Counted from the stretch's first letter, positions 1-9,990 are shown. The stretch: DNA of 64,000 bases from Pseudomonadota bacterium (GCA_043825735.1 JBDRRP010000015.1:1-64000); one strand, 5' to 3'. Numbers and translations are program-made. Notes: generated from the letters alone by a model not told the origin.

Positions 1-1
1 C

Positions 2-106
2 AAGGCCGACGGCGACACCCTGACGGTGCCCTTTACCATAGGCGACTTCGACCGCACCCTGGTGGAAGCCGGCGGATGGGTCAACTACGCGGATGCCAAC
101 TACTGA
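2..106 (+). CDS. 3' end of a gene entering the window, possibly 3-isopropylmalate dehydratase small subunit-like
   Basis: Frame 2 open from the window edge: KADGDTLTVPFTIGDFDRTLVEAGGWVNYADANY*. The 'LVEAGGW' ending resembles LeuD-type C-termini. Confidence 0.4.
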   Translation, partial: KADGDTLTVPFTIGDFDRTLVEAGGWVNYADANY

Positions 107-128
107 TAAAAACAAAGTGGTGGCGGCC

Positions 129-965
129 TCAGTCCGCCACCACTTTGTTTTTGATGCATCCGATGCCTTCAATGCAGCACTCCACCACATCACCGGCAGT
201 CAGAGTGATGGGCGGATTGCGGAAGATGCCTACCCCCGAGGGGGTCCCGGTGGAGATGATATCCCCGGACATGAGGGTAATGTCTTCGCTGATGTTTTCG
301 ATGATGGTGGGAACGTCGAAGATCATGTCTCGCGTGTTGCCATCCTGCATCAGCGCGCCATTGACACGGGCGGTGAGCGTCAGGTTTCTCAGATCGGTGA
401 TCTCATCGGGGGTCACCAGGACGGGTCCCATGGGGGCAAAGGTGTCAAAGGCCTTTCCGCGGAACCACTGGGAATCGGCAAACTGTGCCGCACGGCCCGA
501 GACGTCGTTCATCACCATATAACCCACGACAAAATCCATGGCCGCTTCTTTGCGGATAGCGCGCCCCGCCCTTCCCACCACCAGCGCCAACTCCACCTCC
601 CAGTCCACCTGGCCGCTGCTGGTGGGCAACCGGATGTCGTCGGAAGGCCCGCTCACCGTGTTGGGGCTTTTGCAGAATATCAGCGGCGCGGCCGGGTTGG
701 CGAAGCCCCCCTCCTTGGCGTGTTCGGCGTAGTTTTTCCCCAGGCAGATGATTTTCGAAGGCGCCGCCACCGGTGGCCCTAGCCGTTCGGTCAACGGACG
801 CCCGGTATCGCTGATGGCGGCCACTCGCGCCACCCACCCGTCGGCAAAGAAATCCGGGCCGATATCCGGCGCCTCTGGAAAATGTTTTCGGATGTCCACC
901 ACATTGCCGCCAACCAGCAACCCGGGACGCTCCTTGCCTGGATTTCCGTAACGGATCAGTCGCAT
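129..965 (-). CDS. Fumarylacetoacetate hydrolase family protein
   Basis: KIICLGKNYAEH, DWEVEL, NDVSGR, WFRGKAFDTF and GDIISTGTPSGVG motifs. Confidence 0.93.
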   Translation of the reverse strand: MRLIRYGNPGKERPGLLVGGNVVDIRKHFPEAPDIGPDFFADGWVARVAAISDTGRPLTERLGPPVAAPSKIICLGKNYAEHAKEGGFANPAAPLIFCKSPNTVSGPSDDIRLPTSSGQVDWEVELALVVGRAGRAIRKEAAMDFVVGYMVMNDVSGRAAQFADSQWFRGKAFDTFAPMGPVLVTPDEITDLRNLTLTARVNGALMQDGNTRDMIFDVPTIIENISEDITLMSGDIISTGTPSGVGIFRNPPITLTAGDVVECCIEGIGCIKNKVVAD

Positions 966-1013
966 GGGTTCATCCCTTTCTTTTTTGAGTCTTCTCCCAT
1001 TTAATTGAAGAAA

Positions 1014-1050
1014 AGGGTTCGAGGGTTCAAGGGGTCAAGGGGTCAAGTGA
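1014..1050. repeat. Octamer tandem repeat arm (AGGGTTCR/AGGGGTCA x4 + AGTGA), solo left arm
   Basis: agggttcg agggttca aggggtca aggggtca agtga; same family as 27773-27810 and 37848-37885. Confidence 0.85.
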
Positions 1051-1086
1051 GGGCATTAGGCGTTATTTGGTGCTCTTGCGCCCGGC

Positions 1087-1136
1087 ATCCGCGTCATCTG
1101 CGTTGCTGTTTAAGCCTTATAGGCGCAATCCGCGGC
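1087..1136. repeat. ATCYGCG tandem repeat interrupted by a 24-nt micro-insert (1103-1126)
   Basis: atccgcgtc atctgcg [ttgctgtttaagccttataggcgc] aatccgcggc. Confidence 0.7.
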
Positions 1137-1177
1137 AAATTATGCTGTTGCAGTTAGTTTTGCGACGAAGTCGCCCC

Positions 1178-1203
1178 ATCCCGTTGATCCTGTAAATCCT
1201 GTC
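1178..1203. repeat. 9-mer tandem repeat arm (ATCCYGT x3)
   Basis: atcccgttg atcctgtaa atcctgtc. Confidence 0.65.
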
Positions 1204-1256
1204 AAAATTTCTTCGTCTTTGCATTCCGGCCGAAGGCCGCCACTCCCTATCAGCGT

Positions 1257-2057
1257 TTATCTGCGTTCATCAGCGTCCCATTCGCCGGTGCCGGCGTTAC
1301 CGGATCGGCCGGCGACGATGCCGTCATCGTATTGTTTCTTGCCGTACCAGTTCACCTGGCGGATGATGCCTCGGATGATGCTCACTTCCTTGGCACGAAG
1401 CTCCAGCCGGGTGAAAAACTGCCGAAGCTTGTGCATCCAGTAGTCGGGGTTCTCCGGGTTGATATAGTTGATGCGAACAAGGACTTCTCTGAGTTGGTCA
1501 TACATGCCGTCCAACTCGTGACGCTCGGCCAGTCGGGGCGTGTGATCACTCGCCGGCCGCTGGGCTGCCGTGAACAGCGCGTAACTGACCACCATGACGG
1601 CCTGAGCCAAGTTGAGCGAAGAAAAATCGGCGGTAGGGATGTTGAGCAGGCAGTGGCAAAGCCGCAGATCCTCGTTGGTAAGTCCCCGGTCTTCCGGCCC
1701 AAACACTATGGCCACCCGGTTTGTCTGAGAGATGGGCACCAGGCGCGCAGCCAGAGATTCCGGCGTCATCAGGGAATCGCGCTGGCCGCCCTGGCGTGCC
1801 GTGGTCCCCACCACGAAACCAAAAGGGGAAACGGCGTCTCGCAGATCGGTAAAAAGGCGGATTTGATCCACGACAGGCCGGGCGGCATGGGTGGCCAGTG
1901 TGCGCACCCTTTCAAGGTTGTAGTTTTCCGGCGAGACGACCACGAGGTCGCTCATGCCCATATTGCAGATGGCCCTGGCCGCGGCCCCTATGTTTTCAGG
2001 GTATCGGGGCCGGTTCAGGACAATGGAGATGTTTTCCAGGCAAATCGCCGGGGTCAT
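1257..2057 (-). CDS. trmJ: TrmJ/LasT-family SPOUT tRNA/rRNA methyltransferase
   Basis: [32 protein letters not shown] motifs; overlaps the ndk stop. Confidence 0.9.
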   Translation of the reverse strand: MTPAICLENISIVLNRPRYPENIGAAARAICNMGMSDLVVVSPENYNLERVRTLATHAARPVVDQIRLFTDLRDAVSPFGFVVGTTARQGGQRDSLMTPESLAARLVPISQTNRVAIVFGPEDRGLTNEDLRLCHCLLNIPTADFSSLNLAQAVMVVSYALFTAAQRPASDHTPRLAERHELDGMYDQLREVLVRINYINPENPDYWMHKLRQFFTRLELRAKEVSIIRGIIRQVNWYGKKQYDDGIVAGRSGNAGTGEWDADERR

Positions 2058-2473
2058 GACCCGACGATTTCAAAGGCATTGAAAAAATAGCCAATCTCGA
2101 AAGCCGCCGTCTCAGGGGCATCTGAGCCATGAACGACGTTCTTCTCGATATCGGTGGCAAAATCGGCGCGAATGGTTCCCGGGGCGGCGTCCTTGTAGTT
2201 GGTGGCCCCCATGATCTCACGATATCTGGAAATGGCGTTTTCGCCTTCCAGAACCATCACCACGGCCGGGCCGGAGCACATGAAATCGGTGAGGCTCGCG
2301 AAAAATGGCCGCTCTCGGTGAACCGCATAAAATCCTTCGGCCTGGGCCTTCGTCATGTGGATGAGTTTCATCGCGACGATTTTAAGATCGTTGGCTTCAA
2401 AACGCTTGATGACATCGCCGATCACTTTGCGGGAGACGCCATCGGGTTTGATAATGGACAGAGTACGTTGCAT
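2054..2473 (-). CDS. ndk: Nucleoside diphosphate kinase
   Basis: [26 protein letters not shown] catalytic His motif. Confidence 0.98.
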   Translation of the reverse strand: MQRTLSIIKPDGVSRKVIGDVIKRFEANDLKIVAMKLIHMTKAQAEGFYAVHRERPFFASLTDFMCSGPAVVMVLEGENAISRYREIMGATNYKDAAPGTIRADFATDIEKNVVHGSDAPETAAFEIGYFFNAFEIVGS

Positions 2474-2500
2474 GAGATTTCCTTTCTGGCTTTTATTTTG

Positions 2501-2632
2501 TGCGCTTATTCAGAAAGCTCCAGTTGGTCTTTTCCCAAAGAGAAGTTGAACCAGTCACGGAGGACACGGAGATTTTATTAACAAAATCAACCTCTTTTGG
2601 TTTTCTCCGTGCCCTCCGTGCCTCCGTGGTGA
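2501..2632 (-). repeat. ~135-bp dispersed hairpin element with 9-mer inverted arms (copy 1)
   Basis: cacggaggacacggaga ... tctccgtgccctccgtgcctccgtggtga; the reverse complement aligns end-to-end with 4533-4670. Confidence 0.85.
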
Positions 2633-3184
2633 TCCCAATGTCATCGGGGCCACCGGCCATTTACGCTAATCTGGGGCTTCATAGAGAAGCGGATTATTTT
2701 AAAGCCGGCGTTCGCGGGGCGAATCCCCTGCCCGCACGGTCACGGCGTCCATAGCAAACCCCCTGGGGCAAGTCAACAAAAGTGAAAAACGGCGTTTAGA
2801 GTCAAAATTTGATGAAAATCGACGATCATGTATCGATATCGCCATCCCCCTCACATACTGAGGCGCAACCTGTTGAAAGCACAATAAAAATACCAATCAT
2901 TTTTGCTTGAAAGTCGAGGGGTTGCAGGTCGTTATGAATTCCATATCATTCCAGAGTGTTACGTGTAGCCAGCGACAAACGGCACTCAGACGCCACCGGC
3001 ATCAGATCGCCTTGACGCCGGTGCGAATATCACCATAATAAAGCAACGTCATTTTGCTTCAGGCACCAAGGGGAAGGACGTGCTCCGCAACGGCCCTCCA
3101 ATCTGGTCACCAGCAGCATTCGGACGCCAATCACTATCACCATTTCAGCAGCCGCACCCGGTGCTGGAGGAAAGTGAATCACTC

Positions 3185-3577
3185 ATGGGATTTTTCTCGT
3201 CACCGCAGCCCCCCCCGCAGGTCTCTTTTCTGGATGTCAATGCCGAGTTCACCGGCCAACTAACGGACACGGGCGACCTGTGCATCAACAGCCGATTCAA
3301 CGGTGACATCACTACAAAAGGGGAGTTGACGATCGGCCGCGACGCCCAGTTGACGTCCACCATTTCAGCCGCTACCGCCGTCGTCGGCGGCACCGTCATC
3401 GGCAACTTGACAGCCACGGGGCGTATTGAGGTTTTAGGCACCGGCAAAGTGTTCGGAAACATCACCGCTCCGGCCGTAACGATCCATGAAGGCGCAGTCA
3501 TCGACGGCCAGTTGTCAATCGGTGTTCCCGGAAAGGTGACGCCGCTTCAGAAGGCCTCCAGTCGTCTCTCCGCCTGA
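3185..3577 (+). CDS. Bactofilin / polymer-forming cytoskeletal protein
   Basis: Beta-helical repeats (FTGQL..GDLCINSRFNGDI..GELTIG..VGGTVIGNL..GKVFGNI..IHEGAVIDGQL); ATG 3185 after GGAGGAAAG region. Confidence 0.88.
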   Translation: MGFFSSPQPPPQVSFLDVNAEFTGQLTDTGDLCINSRFNGDITTKGELTIGRDAQLTSTISAATAVVGGTVIGNLTATGRIEVLGTGKVFGNITAPAVTIHEGAVIDGQLSIGVPGKVTPLQKASSRLSA

Positions 3578-3820
3578 TCTCCTGCAAGTGAAGTCCGGCT
3601 CGTGCCCGGCGCCAGAGCTCCTGCGCGGGGCCCTGGCAATGAGAATTGACAAGACCTTCGCGAGCATTTAAATTCCCCTATCAAAACCATTTCAATCCGC
3701 AACGCCAGAATAGCACCCGCTTGCAGCGGAGAATGTTCAATTTGAAAAAAGCCGGTTTTTAGGTTCCTGTTGCCCCTGTCAGTGACAACGAGAATCCTTA
3801 TCAGGAGGGCCACTTAAGCG

Positions 3821-4315
3821 ATGCCGATCTACGAGTTCTACTGCATGGACTGCAACACCCTGTTCAACTTCTTCTCGCGATCCATCAATACGAAAAAAGT
3901 GCCCACTTGCCCTAAATGCGGAAAAGTCAAACTGTCCCGTCAGATGTCGGCATTTGCCATCACCGGCAGAGCCACCGAGTCCGGCGACATGGACGATTTG
4001 CCCATCGATGAAAGCCGCATGGAGAAAGCCATGACGATGCTGGCGGCCGAAGCGGACAAAATCGATGAAAACGACCCCAAGCAGGCAGCCAACCTGATGC
4101 GCCGGCTCACCGACATGACCGGCCTCGAGTTGGGCTCCGGCATGCAGGAGGCACTTTCTCGCCTTGAAAGCGGTGAAGACCCCGACGCCATCGAAGCGGA
4201 AATGGGCCACCTCCTTGAAAGCGAAGAACCTTTCGCAGTTGGCGATAAAAAAGGGGGCAAAGCCGGCCAGCGCCGGAAGGCGCCACTCAAAGACGAAACT
4301 CTGTACGATCTTTGA
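3821..4315 (+). CDS. FmdB-family zinc-ribbon protein
   Basis: MPIYEFYCMDC...CPKCG N-terminus; AGGAGG RBS. Confidence 0.88.
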   Translation: MPIYEFYCMDCNTLFNFFSRSINTKKVPTCPKCGKVKLSRQMSAFAITGRATESGDMDDLPIDESRMEKAMTMLAAEADKIDENDPKQAANLMRRLTDMTGLELGSGMQEALSRLESGEDPDAIEAEMGHLLESEEPFAVGDKKGGKAGQRRKAPLKDETLYDL

Positions 4316-4338
4316 CAAACGCGTAAAAAAGTCTGGAA

Positions 4339-4424
4339 TCACCACAGAGGACGCAGAGAGCGCAGAGATAACCTTTTAATTATTCATTATATTCTCTGCG
4401 GTCCTCTGCGGTCTCTGTGGTTCA
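4339..4424. repeat. Inverted 9-mer triple-repeat hairpin
   Basis: tcaccacagaggacgcagagagcgcagaga / tctctgcggtcctctgcggtctctgtggttca around an AT-rich loop. Confidence 0.85.
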
Positions 4425-4532
4425 AAATCACTTTTAACGGTTTCATCATTTTTAAAACGCTATCATAAGAATACGCCTAAACAGGAGGCTCAATTTACAT
4501 TTGGAAGCCGTTACAATCGGGAAAAAATGATA

Positions 4533-4670
4533 TCACCACGAGAACACTGAGAACTCTGAGAAAAACAAAAGCAGTTGCTTTTGGATATCAAATCTCCGTG
4601 CCCTCCGTGTACTCCGTGGTTCAACATCACTGCGGCAAGAGACCCACTGATACTATCTGAATAAGCGCAT
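4533..4670 (+). repeat. ~138-bp dispersed hairpin element (copy 2)
   Basis: Homologous to the reverse complement of 2501-2632, including the loop and the 3' tail ...tctgaataagcgca. Confidence 0.85.
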
Positions 4671-4684
4671 ATAGGAAAATCGCC

Positions 4685-5209
4685 GTGGCGGCTGCCGATC
4701 TGACAAAAATGGACGTGGTGCAGGGCGACATTACCCGGATGGCGGTCGATGCGATTGTCAATGCCGCCAACAACAGTCTTCTGGGCGGAGGCGGTGTGGA
4801 CGGTGCCATCCACCGGGCGGCCGGTCCCAGGCTGCTGGCTGAATGTAAAACCCTCGGCGGCTGCCCCACGGGCCAAGCGCGCATCACCGGAGGCTACGAT
4901 CTGCCCGCCCGATATGTGATTCACACGGTGGGGCCGGTGTTCGCCAACCGCCCGGAGGATCCCCGACTGCTGGCCTCGTGCTACCGCCAAAGCCTGATCC
5001 TGGCCACCGAAAAAGGGGCGACCACCATCGCTTTCCCGGCCATCAGTTGCGGTGTCTACGGGTATCCCGTTGTCGCGGCGTGCCAAGTGGCGGTGGCCGC
5101 CACCCGGGCCTTTCTTTCTGGGCATCCGTCGATTGAAAAAGTCACCTTTGTGCTGTTTTCAGAGGCCAATGCTCAGGTGTACCGAAAGCATCTGCAGGAG
5201 CTGGCGTAG
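4685..5209 (+). CDS. Macro-domain O-acetyl-ADP-ribose deacetylase (YmdB-like)
   Basis: GDIT, AIVNAANNSLLGGGGVDGAIHRAAG, IHTVGPV, FPAISCGVYGYP. Confidence 0.95.
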   Translation: MAAADLTKMDVVQGDITRMAVDAIVNAANNSLLGGGGVDGAIHRAAGPRLLAECKTLGGCPTGQARITGGYDLPARYVIHTVGPVFANRPEDPRLLASCYRQSLILATEKGATTIAFPAISCGVYGYPVVAACQVAVAATRAFLSGHPSIEKVTFVLFSEANAQVYRKHLQELA

Positions 5210-5274
5210 CCGGCGGCTAAAGCCCGTTTCCGGTTGCCGGCCATACAGGGTACCGATGACCCGTCGATTGCGTA

Positions 5275-5303
5275 TTGACAAACACGATCGGTATCCATAG
5301 ATT
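5275..5303 (+). promoter_or_regulatory. Putative sigma70 promoter for the HesB-like gene
   Basis: TTGACA-17 nt-TAGATT. Confidence 0.6.
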
Positions 5304-5378
5304 GGGTTGCTTTTTTAAACGGCAACTGGTGCACCCCCCGAAAACATCGGGCGGAGATAACGATCAAGGAGGATTGAC

Positions 5379-5702
5379 ATGGTTGAAGTCACAGAGGCAG
5401 CGACCAAGATGATCGCTGATTATTTCAAGGACAAGGATGTTCAGCCCATTCGCATTTTCCTGAACGAAGGCGGCTGAGGTGGCCCGTCTCTGGCGATGGC
5501 TCTGGATGAGCCACGGGATTCGGACAAAAGCTTTGACGTGAACGGTTTTACCTACGTTGTCAACGACGAGCTCCTGGGAAAGGCATCTCCCATTAAAGTC
5601 GATTTCGTCAACTATGGCTTCCGCCTGGATTGCGCCATTGACTTCAGTGCCGGCAAGGCCAGCAGCTGTGGTGGGTGCGGATCGTCAAGCAACTGCTGCT
5701 GA
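5379..5702 (+). CDS. HesB/IscA-like selenoprotein (Sec at codon 33, TGA 5475-5477)
   Basis: AAGGAGG RBS, ATG 5379; MVEVTEAATKMIADYFKDKDVQPIRIFLNEGG-U-GGPSLAMALDEP... in frame with the 5496 ORF; GG(C/U)GG motif of the HesB family; Cys-rich tail CGGC..CC. Confidence 0.88.
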
Positions 5703-5717
5703 TCGATCAAATACCTT

Positions 5718-5755
5718 AAAAGGCGACCCGCTGATGCGCGGGTCGCCTTTTTTTT
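5718..5755 (+). terminator. Rho-independent terminator
   Basis: aaaaggcgacccgc-tgatgc-gcgggtcgccttttttt: GC-rich stem followed by a T run. Confidence 0.9.
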
Positions 5756-5850
5756 GGAGACCGCATCGGAAGACACCGGCCTTTGACGCTAAACTTGAGT
5801 TTCATTGATCAGCGGACTCCTTAAAACGATTATACCAATGGAGGTATCAG

Positions 5851-6567
5851 ATGGCACTGCTGGATGTGGTGATCGATGAATCGGTGGCCATTGTCACCAT
5901 GAACGACGGCGAGAACCGTTTCAATCCCGACTTCCTCACTGCTTTTACAAAAGTGCTCGATGACATCGAAGCCGACACCGATGCGCGAACGCTGGTGGTG
6001 ACGTCAGCCCACGAGAAGATCTTCTCCAACGGCATCGATCTGGAGTGGCTGGTGCCGGTCATCCAGATGAAAGACATCGACGGGGCAAAGGCGTTTTTCT
6101 ACCAACTCAATGTTCTGTTCAAACGTCTGGTCACCTATCCCCTGATCACCATCGCCGCCATCAACGGACATGCCTTTGCCGGCGGGGCCATCATCAGCTG
6201 CGCCTATGATTTCCGTTTTATGAGAACCGGCAGAGGGTTTTTCTGTTTTCCCGAAGTGGATCTGGGAATCCCTTTCCTTCCGGGGATGAACGCACTGCTG
6301 GCCCGGGCGATCCCCCGTCAGTTGATGGAGGAAATGGAGTTGACGGGCTGCCGGCTCACCGCAGAAGCCTGCGAGGCCAACCGCATCGTTAAAAAGGCGC
6401 TGCCCATTGAGGCGTTGATGCCTGAGACCATTGCATTTGCCAAGGGCCTCAACAAGCAGCGCCCCATTGTAGCGGAGATGAAACGCCGTCTCACTGCGCC
6501 CATCGTCCACGCGATTGATGTGGCAGATGTACCCTATATCGAATCGGGGAAATTCAATATCGGATAG
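5851..6567 (+). CDS. Enoyl-CoA hydratase/isomerase family protein
   Basis: FSNGIDL, IAAINGHAFAGG, FCFPEVDLG. Confidence 0.92.
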   Translation: MALLDVVIDESVAIVTMNDGENRFNPDFLTAFTKVLDDIEADTDARTLVVTSAHEKIFSNGIDLEWLVPVIQMKDIDGAKAFFYQLNVLFKRLVTYPLITIAAINGHAFAGGAIISCAYDFRFMRTGRGFFCFPEVDLGIPFLPGMNALLARAIPRQLMEEMELTGCRLTAEACEANRIVKKALPIEALMPETIAFAKGLNKQRPIVAEMKRRLTAPIVHAIDVADVPYIESGKFNIG

Positions 6568-6635
6568 AAATGGCCTGAGCGCCATTTGTAAATGCCGCAC
6601 ATCATTGAGAAAGGTGCCGCGCCGGAAGGCATGCT

Positions 6636-7553
6636 ATGCAGATCTTCATCACCGGAGGCAGTGGATATGTCGGCACAGCGCTGAGCCGCCATTTCCTGGC
6701 GGGCGGCCACAGCGTGACCGCCGTCGGCACACGGCCGGTCCACGAGGTCATCAGCCCTGACGGTTTCAGGTACCTTCCTGCCGACACCAGCGTTCCCGGC
6801 GATTGGCAGGCCACGGCTGCCGAGGCCGACGTCATCGTCAATCTCGCCGGAAAGGGTATTTTCAAACGCTGGAGCCGCCGGTATAAAACGGCTATATATG
6901 ACAGCCGGGTCCTTACGACGCGCCTTATTGCAGATGCACTGCCCGACGACAGCTCCGGGGTGGTGCTTCTGAGCACTTCGGCGGTGGGCTATTACGGCAG
7001 CCGGGGAGAGGCGGCGCTTACCGAATCCGCCGCCCCGGGTGACGATTTTCTCGCACGGGTGGGCGTTGACTGGGAGGCCGCGACCACAGGCGCGGCCCAA
7101 AAAGGCGCCCGCGTTGTGCTGGCGCGCTTTGGCGTGGTATTGAGTGCCGGTGGCGGGGCCATGGCGCGAATGATGCCGGCCTTCCGCTCAGGCCTGGGCG
7201 GGCCTATCGGCTCCGGGAAACAATGGTTTCCATGGATCCATCTCACTGACCTGATCGCCGCGATAGGCTTTCTTCTGAGCCGTCCCGATGCCGAAGGCCC
7301 ATTCAATTTCTGCGCGCCGGAACCGGTTCGCCAGGGCGACTTTGCCCGGCGCCTGGGAAGCCGGCTCAATCGCCCGGCCATTCTGCCCGCCCCGGCGGCC
7401 ATGATGCGCCTGATACTCGGGGAATTTGCCGACACGCTGCTTTCCAGTCAAAGAGTCATTCCGGAGCGGCTCGACGAAATGGGGTTCTCGTTTCAATATC
7501 CGGACATCGATACAGCACTGGATGAAATCGCCGCGCAGGCAAAAGGAGAATAA
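6636..7553 (+). CDS. TIGR01777-type NAD-dependent epimerase (YfcH-like)
   Basis: ITGGSGYVG, VNLAG, SAVGYYG, GSGKQWFPWIH. Confidence 0.92.
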   Translation: MQIFITGGSGYVGTALSRHFLAGGHSVTAVGTRPVHEVISPDGFRYLPADTSVPGDWQATAAEADVIVNLAGKGIFKRWSRRYKTAIYDSRVLTTRLIADALPDDSSGVVLLSTSAVGYYGSRGEAALTESAAPGDDFLARVGVDWEAATTGAAQKGARVVLARFGVVLSAGGGAMARMMPAFRSGLGGPIGSGKQWFPWIHLTDLIAAIGFLLSRPDAEGPFNFCAPEPVRQGDFARRLGSRLNRPAILPAPAAMMRLILGEFADTLLSSQRVIPERLDEMGFSFQYPDIDTALDEIAAQAKGE

Positions 7554-7592
7554 CATTATGGAATCATTTGTTCACCGTGAGGTATTCGGGGG

Positions 7593-8306
7593 ATGAATCT
7601 GGATGCGGCATCCCTCGACGGCGGTTTCGCTGTAGTTTTCGGGTTCAGCTTTCTGGTGGCCCTGACCGGCGCCATGGCCCCGGGACCGCTGCTCACCTAC
7701 ACCATTATCAAGTCTGCTAAGACACGCCGCCGCGGATATCTCATGGGCGTGTGGATCATCGCCGGCCACGCCATACTGGAAATGGCCGTCATCATCGCCC
7801 TGCTCCTTGGGTTTTCCTTCGTCCTGCAAAACATCACTGTAGTGCGGGGAATCGGTGTGGTGGGGGGGGTCATTCTGGTTGCATTCGGCGGCGCCATCAT
7901 CAGGGATATCTTCCGCGGTCGTGTCCCCGTGAACCTGATGGCACCGGATGCCCCGGACGCAGCGCCGGCCGGGAATGAAAAGCATGTCATCGACAACCCC
8001 GTGCTGGGCGGTGTACTGATTTCAATGGCCAACCCCTACTGGTGGGTATGGTGGGCCACCATTGGCTTTGCTTTCATGGTGCAATTCGGCATTTCATTCA
8101 GCACCTGGCCGGCACTGTTGGCATTCTTCCTCGGCCACGAAGCCGGAGACCTGCTCTGGTACGTCATCGTCTCCACACTCGCCTACTTCGGGCTTCGCCG
8201 TCTGAACCGTCAAGTCTACTACGGTATTTTGTCTCTTTGCGGTCTTTTCATGATCGGATTCGGTGTCTATCTTGGCATATCGCCGTTTCTCAAAGGGACC
8301 GTGTAG
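7593..8306 (+). CDS. LysE-family translocator
   Basis: GAMAPGPL, GHAILE, ANPYWWVWW; hydrophobic segments. Confidence 0.88.
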   Translation: MNLDAASLDGGFAVVFGFSFLVALTGAMAPGPLLTYTIIKSAKTRRRGYLMGVWIIAGHAILEMAVIIALLLGFSFVLQNITVVRGIGVVGGVILVAFGGAIIRDIFRGRVPVNLMAPDAPDAAPAGNEKHVIDNPVLGGVLISMANPYWWVWWATIGFAFMVQFGISFSTWPALLAFFLGHEAGDLLWYVIVSTLAYFGLRRLNRQVYYGILSLCGLFMIGFGVYLGISPFLKGTV

Positions 8307-8307
8307 G

Positions 8308-8334
8308 GATTGTTGATTGTCGATTGGCGATTGG
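8308..8334. repeat. Heptamer tandem repeat (GATTGNY x4)
   Basis: gattgtt gattgtc gattggc gattgg between LysE and SagB-type genes. Confidence 0.65.
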
Positions 8335-8341
8335 ACTTGCC

Positions 8342-9973
8342 ATGCCGAATCCTGCATCACAGGTAGTTTTCGACTATCATGAACGCACCAAGCACCATCT
8401 GCAGCGCTATGCGCGCTCTCCGGGAACCATGGACTGGGCCAATCAGCCCAATCCGTTCCGGTTATTTTCCGGAACCCGCCGCACGGCCCTGCCCCTTCCG
8501 AACAAAGATTCGGACCGGGGCCATTTTGCGCTCTATGACCGCTCGCAGACGAAACTCCGGCCGCTTTGCCTGGAAACCGTCAGTACCCTAATGGCGCTGT
8601 CGATGGGGTTGTCGGCCTGGAAGTCCAGTGGCGAGAGTCGGTGGGCGCTACGCATGAATCCATCCAGCGGCAATCTGCACCCCACCGAAGCCTACCTCGT
8701 GTTCGCACCGGCGACCGATCTACCGCCCGGAGTGCATCATTACGCCCCGTTTCTGCATGCCCTTGAAACCCGCATCGTTCCCGGAAACGACGCCTGGAAA
8801 ATCCTTGAAGGGCACTTCCCCGACAACGGTTTTTTCGTGTCCCTGACCAGTATTTTTTGGCGCGAATCCTGGAAATACGGCGAGCGGGCACTGCGCTACT
8901 GCTACCTCGATACCGGCCATGCACTAGCGGCCGTCAGCGTGGCGGCCGGCCTTCTGGGTTGGCGCGTCAGCCTCTTGGAAGGTGTTGCCGCACCCGATAT
9001 CTGCAGGCTCCTGGGTCTGAACCGTACGCGGTTCCCAGAATGGGAATCCGAGCATCCGGATCTCCTGTGCCGTATCCACCCGGTGCACAGCGACGAGCCA
9101 CGCCACGATCTTCCGGAGGATTTCCTTGCCGCAGTGGACGCGGCCCCGGTCATAGGCACGCCGGAACCGCTCAGCCCGCATCACGTGAACTGGGAGATCA
9201 TTACGGATACGGCAGCGCGCATCGAAACCGCAGCCGCCATCGCCATGCCCCAGCCACTGCCGGAAGGCCGGCCGCAACATCGCAACCCGTCTTCCCTGTC
9301 GGCCGCCGCCATCATCCGTCGCCGGCGAAGCGCAACTGCCTTCAACCCTGACCACCGGCTGGAAAAACGCCGTTTTCTCGATATTCTGGATAAGACACTG
9401 CCCGTTTCCAAAAGTCCGGTATTTGATGTCCGCGCCGGACGTCCCAATGTGCACCTGCTGGTTTTTGTCCATCGGGTGGCGGATTTGCCCCCGGGGCTTT
9501 TTCTCCTGTGCCGATGGGCCGAAGACTTGCCTGCGCTTAAAAATGACATGGGCGCTGGTTTTCAATGGGCGCCCGCCGATGACCGCCTCCCCCTGTACCG
9601 CCTGTCAGAAGAGGACGTTCGGGCCGATGCGATCCAGGCTTCCTGCCATCAGGACATCGCCGGCTTCAGTACCTTTTCACTGGGGATGCTCGCGAATTTC
9701 AAGGACCCGGTGACGGCCAATCCCGCCGCCTACCGGCAGTTGTTCAGGGAATGCGGCATGATCGGGCAGGTGCTCTACCTGGAAGCCGAAGCCCAGGGCT
9801 TGCGCGGTACCGGCATCGGATGTTTTTTCGACAACGTGGTCCACGAACTGGCCGGTCTGAAGAGCAACCGGTTCCAGAGCCTGTACCACTTCACTATCGG
9901 CGCGCCGGTAACCGACAGCCGGATTGCCACATTACCGGCCTATCATCACCTGAAACCACCGGCGACGGGCTGA
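8342..9973 (+). CDS. SagB/ThcOx-type double nitroreductase-domain protein
   Basis: YHERTKH, LRMNPSSGNLHPTEAY, WKYGERALRYCYLDTGH, GTGIGCFFD; start taken at ATG 8342. Confidence 0.88.
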   Translation: MPNPASQVVFDYHERTKHHLQRYARSPGTMDWANQPNPFRLFSGTRRTALPLPNKDSDRGHFALYDRSQTKLRPLCLETVSTLMALSMGLSAWKSSGESRWALRMNPSSGNLHPTEAYLVFAPATDLPPGVHHYAPFLHALETRIVPGNDAWKILEGHFPDNGFFVSLTSIFWRESWKYGERALRYCYLDTGHALAAVSVAAGLLGWRVSLLEGVAAPDICRLLGLNRTRFPEWESEHPDLLCRIHPVHSDEPRHDLPEDFLAAVDAAPVIGTPEPLSPHHVNWEIITDTAARIETAAAIAMPQPLPEGRPQHRNPSSLSAAAIIRRRRSATAFNPDHRLEKRRFLDILDKTLPVSKSPVFDVRAGRPNVHLLVFVHRVADLPPGLFLLCRWAEDLPALKNDMGAGFQWAPADDRLPLYRLSEEDVRADAIQASCHQDIAGFSTFSLGMLANFKDPVTANPAAYRQLFRECGMIGQVLYLEAEAQGLRGTGIGCFFDNVVHELAGLKSNRFQSLYHFTIGAPVTDSRIATLPAYHHLKPPATG

Positions 9974-9990
9974 GATCAAAGGAGTTACCC

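Noticed and set aside
8342..9973. RiPP (thiazole/oxazole) biosynthetic cluster
   Set aside because: The SagB-type domain has no neighbouring YcaO, precursor peptide or dedicated transporter.
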